Positions 62,300-64,000 of a stretch of 64,000 bases of DNA are shown here, in pieces. Both the position numbers and the translations under genes were made by a program. The stretch comes from an uncultured candidatus Porisulfidus sp. Lineage in GTDB: Bacteria; Pseudomonadota; Gammaproteobacteria; Poriferisulfidales; Poriferisulfidaceae. Numbering within the stretch: the stretch's first letter is position 1; each line of letters starts with the position of its first letter. Location of the stretch: assembly GCA_965199755.1 (NCBI GenBank), contig CBDASZ010000001.1, forward strand, positions 320,001 to 384,000. Direction: 5' to 3'. Below the pieces are notes generated by a model. It saw nothing but the letters and a program-made list of their open reading frames with translations. It was not told where the DNA came from and searched no databases.

Positions 62300-62375
62300 G
62301 CGCCCGTGGCTCAGTGGATAGAGCACTGGCCTCCGGAGCCAGGGGTCGCAGGTTCGAATCCTGCCGGGCGCGCCA
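62300..62375 (+). tRNA. tRNA-Arg (CCG)
   Basis: GCGCCCG/CGGGCGC acceptor stem, CTGGC-CTCCGGA-GCCAG anticodon arm, GGTTCGAATCC T arm, encoded CCA; TATAAT at 62283-62288. Confidence 0.97.
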
Positions 62376-62412
62376 CTACGCACATTCAGATATTTTTACC
62401 GGTTCCTTCATC

Positions 62413-63072
62413 ATGTGGTTGCACGTCCCGAAAGTACTTTCACCGGAGCAGTTGCAGCAGGTTCAGGCTTGCGCGCAAGAAGGGGATTACGCGGACGGAC
62501 GCAGCAGCGCCGGTCTGCTGGCCGGTGCCGTCAAGCATAACGAGGAACTGCAGCCGTCAAGCGCCAGAGTGACCGAAGCGGAACAATGCGTCGCGCAGGC
62601 GGTACAGCGTCATGTCGCAGTGCAGCGCAGCGCATTGCCGCTGCGCATCAGCCATCCGGTCTTTGCTCGCTACGGCGAGGGCATGGGCTATGGCTGGCAT
62701 ACGGATGATGCGATTATGGGCCATGGCGGCTACCGCGCGGATCTGGCGATGACCGTGTTTCTGAATGACCCGGAGGAATATGACGGCGGCGATCTGGTGG
62801 TGCGCATGCCTCATGGGGAATGCCATGCGCGGCACCCGGCAGGCGACGCGGTACTGTATTCGGCCAGCTGCCTGCATCGCGTCGAACTGGTCAGTCGCGG
62901 TGAGCGCCGTGTCGCCGTGCTGTGGATTCAGAGTCAGGTCCGAGACGAACAACAGCGCGAAGTGCTGCAGGAAATTGATGCGCTGCGTACACAGCAATTA
63001 CAAGACAATCAGAATGCGACTCAACTGGACTGGGTATACTCGCGTCTGTTGCGGATGTGGGCCGATGTCTAA
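62413..63072 (+). CDS. PKHD-type Fe(II)/2-oxoglutarate hydroxylase (PiuC/YbiX-like)
   Basis: DGRSSAG...VKHNEE, YGWHTD, RADLAMTVFLNDPEEYDGGDL, LHRV..V.RGER, WIQS. Confidence 0.9.
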   Translation: MWLHVPKVLSPEQLQQVQACAQEGDYADGRSSAGLLAGAVKHNEELQPSSARVTEAEQCVAQAVQRHVAVQRSALPLRISHPVFARYGEGMGYGWHTDDAIMGHGGYRADLAMTVFLNDPEEYDGGDLVVRMPHGECHARHPAGDAVLYSASCLHRVELVSRGERRVAVLWIQSQVRDEQQREVLQEIDALRTQQLQDNQNATQLDWVYSRLLRMWADV

Positions 63073-63868
63073 GAAGCCGGTACGTCTGAAAGGCCGTAAA
63101 GGCTACAATGAGGAATTGCGCCGCCTGCAGGTGGAGCTGGTCAAGTTGCAGTACTGGGTGCAGCATCAGCGCGCGCGCGTGGTGGTGGTGTTCGAGGGCC
63201 GGGACGCGGCCGGCAAAGGCGGTGTCATCCGCCGCATCGTGCGACATACCAGTCCACGCATTGTGCACGTGGTCGCCTTGCCGAAACCATCAGAAGAAGA
63301 ATGCGGGCAATGGTATTTTCAGCGCTATGTTCCGCACCTGCCGCAGCGCGGACAAATTGTGCTGTTTGATCGCAGTTGGTACAACCGCGCCGGGGTGGAA
63401 CGGGTGATGGGATTCTGCTCCGAGCAGGAAGTGGAGGATTTCTTCGTCAGCTGCCCGCAGTTCGAGGATATGCTGATTCGGGAGGGCATCCACCTGATCA
63501 AATACTGGTTCACCGTGAGTCGGGAAGAGCAGGAGCAGCGCTTTCAGGCGCGCGGCTCGGATCCGCTTAAGCGCTGGAAACTCAGTCCAATGGATCTGGA
63601 ATCACGCCGCCTTTGGGCCGAATACACGAAAGCGCGTGACGATATGTTCGCGCACTGCCATACGCCGCAGGCACCGTGGCACGTGATCGATACCAACAGC
63701 AAACTGGAAGGACGCTTGAATTGCATCCACCATTTGTTGTCGCAATTTGACTATCAGGACATGATGCCGCCGGAAATCGAGTTCCGGCCGCTGTCGGAAC
63801 AGGAATATTCGGCGCGTGGGACCATGCCGGAACCCGCTCCGCCCGCGTATCGCGTGGACGAAAAGTAG
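63065..63868 (+). CDS. ppk2: Polyphosphate kinase 2
   Basis: FEGRDAAGKGG, QWYFQRY, FDRSWYNRAGVERVMGFC, WKLSPMD. Confidence 0.96.
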   Translation: MSKKPVRLKGRKGYNEELRRLQVELVKLQYWVQHQRARVVVVFEGRDAAGKGGVIRRIVRHTSPRIVHVVALPKPSEEECGQWYFQRYVPHLPQRGQIVLFDRSWYNRAGVERVMGFCSEQEVEDFFVSCPQFEDMLIREGIHLIKYWFTVSREEQEQRFQARGSDPLKRWKLSPMDLESRRLWAEYTKARDDMFAHCHTPQAPWHVIDTNSKLEGRLNCIHHLLSQFDYQDMMPPEIEFRPLSEQEYSARGTMPEPAPPAYRVDEK

Positions 63869-63887
63869 CGCGGTCGCTTCGGGCCGC

Positions 63888-64000
63888 TCAGTTGTGTGAG
63901 CCTTTCTCTTCGTGGGCCAAAGCCACCACTTTCATGGCTTGGTCCCGGTATTCCTGCCGGTAGTTATGCAACGGTGAGTCTTCATCAGGCGTGAAGTATT
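63888..64000 (-). CDS. C-terminal end of an unidentified gene entering from beyond the window
   Basis: Open frame YFTPDEDSPLHNYRQEYRDQAMKVVALAHEEKGSHN* reaching the edge. Confidence 0.45.
   Translation of the reverse strand, partial: YFTPDEDSPLHNYRQEYRDQAMKVVALAHEEKGSHN

Noticed and set aside
62300-62375. tRNA-Arg as an island integration site
   Set aside because: No duplicated tRNA 3' end or integrase seen; downstream genes have host-like composition.
1-64000. Numerous long alternative-frame and antisense ORFs in the ORF track (e.g. 59028-60008, 30938-31765, 19713-20528)
   Set aside because: They overlap well-supported genes, lack motifs and are expected shadows in high-GC coding DNA.
1-64000. 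CRISPR array, rRNA, transposase, integrase or reverse transcriptase
   Set aside because: No regularly spaced repeats or diagnostic motifs seen.

Overview
High-GC (roughly 60% by eye) chromosomal segment of a Gammaproteobacterium, probably a marine C1/sulfur oxidiser (inference from mtoX, mtdA, fdh1AB, dsrR and the tkt-gap-pgk-pyk-fba cluster). Most of it is housekeeping: truA-trpFBA-accD-folC, central carbon genes, gltB, dnaG, folP, yciB/yciO-trpS-scpAB-rluB, his-tat-gmk, tRNA-Arg and ppk2. The best candidate for an undescribed system is at 9466-12728. Two tail-to-tail porin cassettes share a perfect 96-bp inverted repeat that starts inside the signal peptide, lack an ATG start, end in identical terminators and differ in Cys-containing variable loops. 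Both carry allele-merging frameshifts. This looks like an invertible or gene-conversion porin variation locus; no recombinase is visible in the window. Other notable items are an unannotated 25-aa membrane peptide gene whose 3' region has four hairpins with CsrA-type GGA and anti-Shine-Dalgarno loops, a methanethiol oxidase cluster linked to formate dehydrogenase, a Pho-box-controlled OprO/P porin with a degenerate paralog, a small R-M islet and two orphan antitoxins. No CRISPR array, rRNA or intact transposase/integrase was seen. All calls are by motif recognition only; no searches were run.
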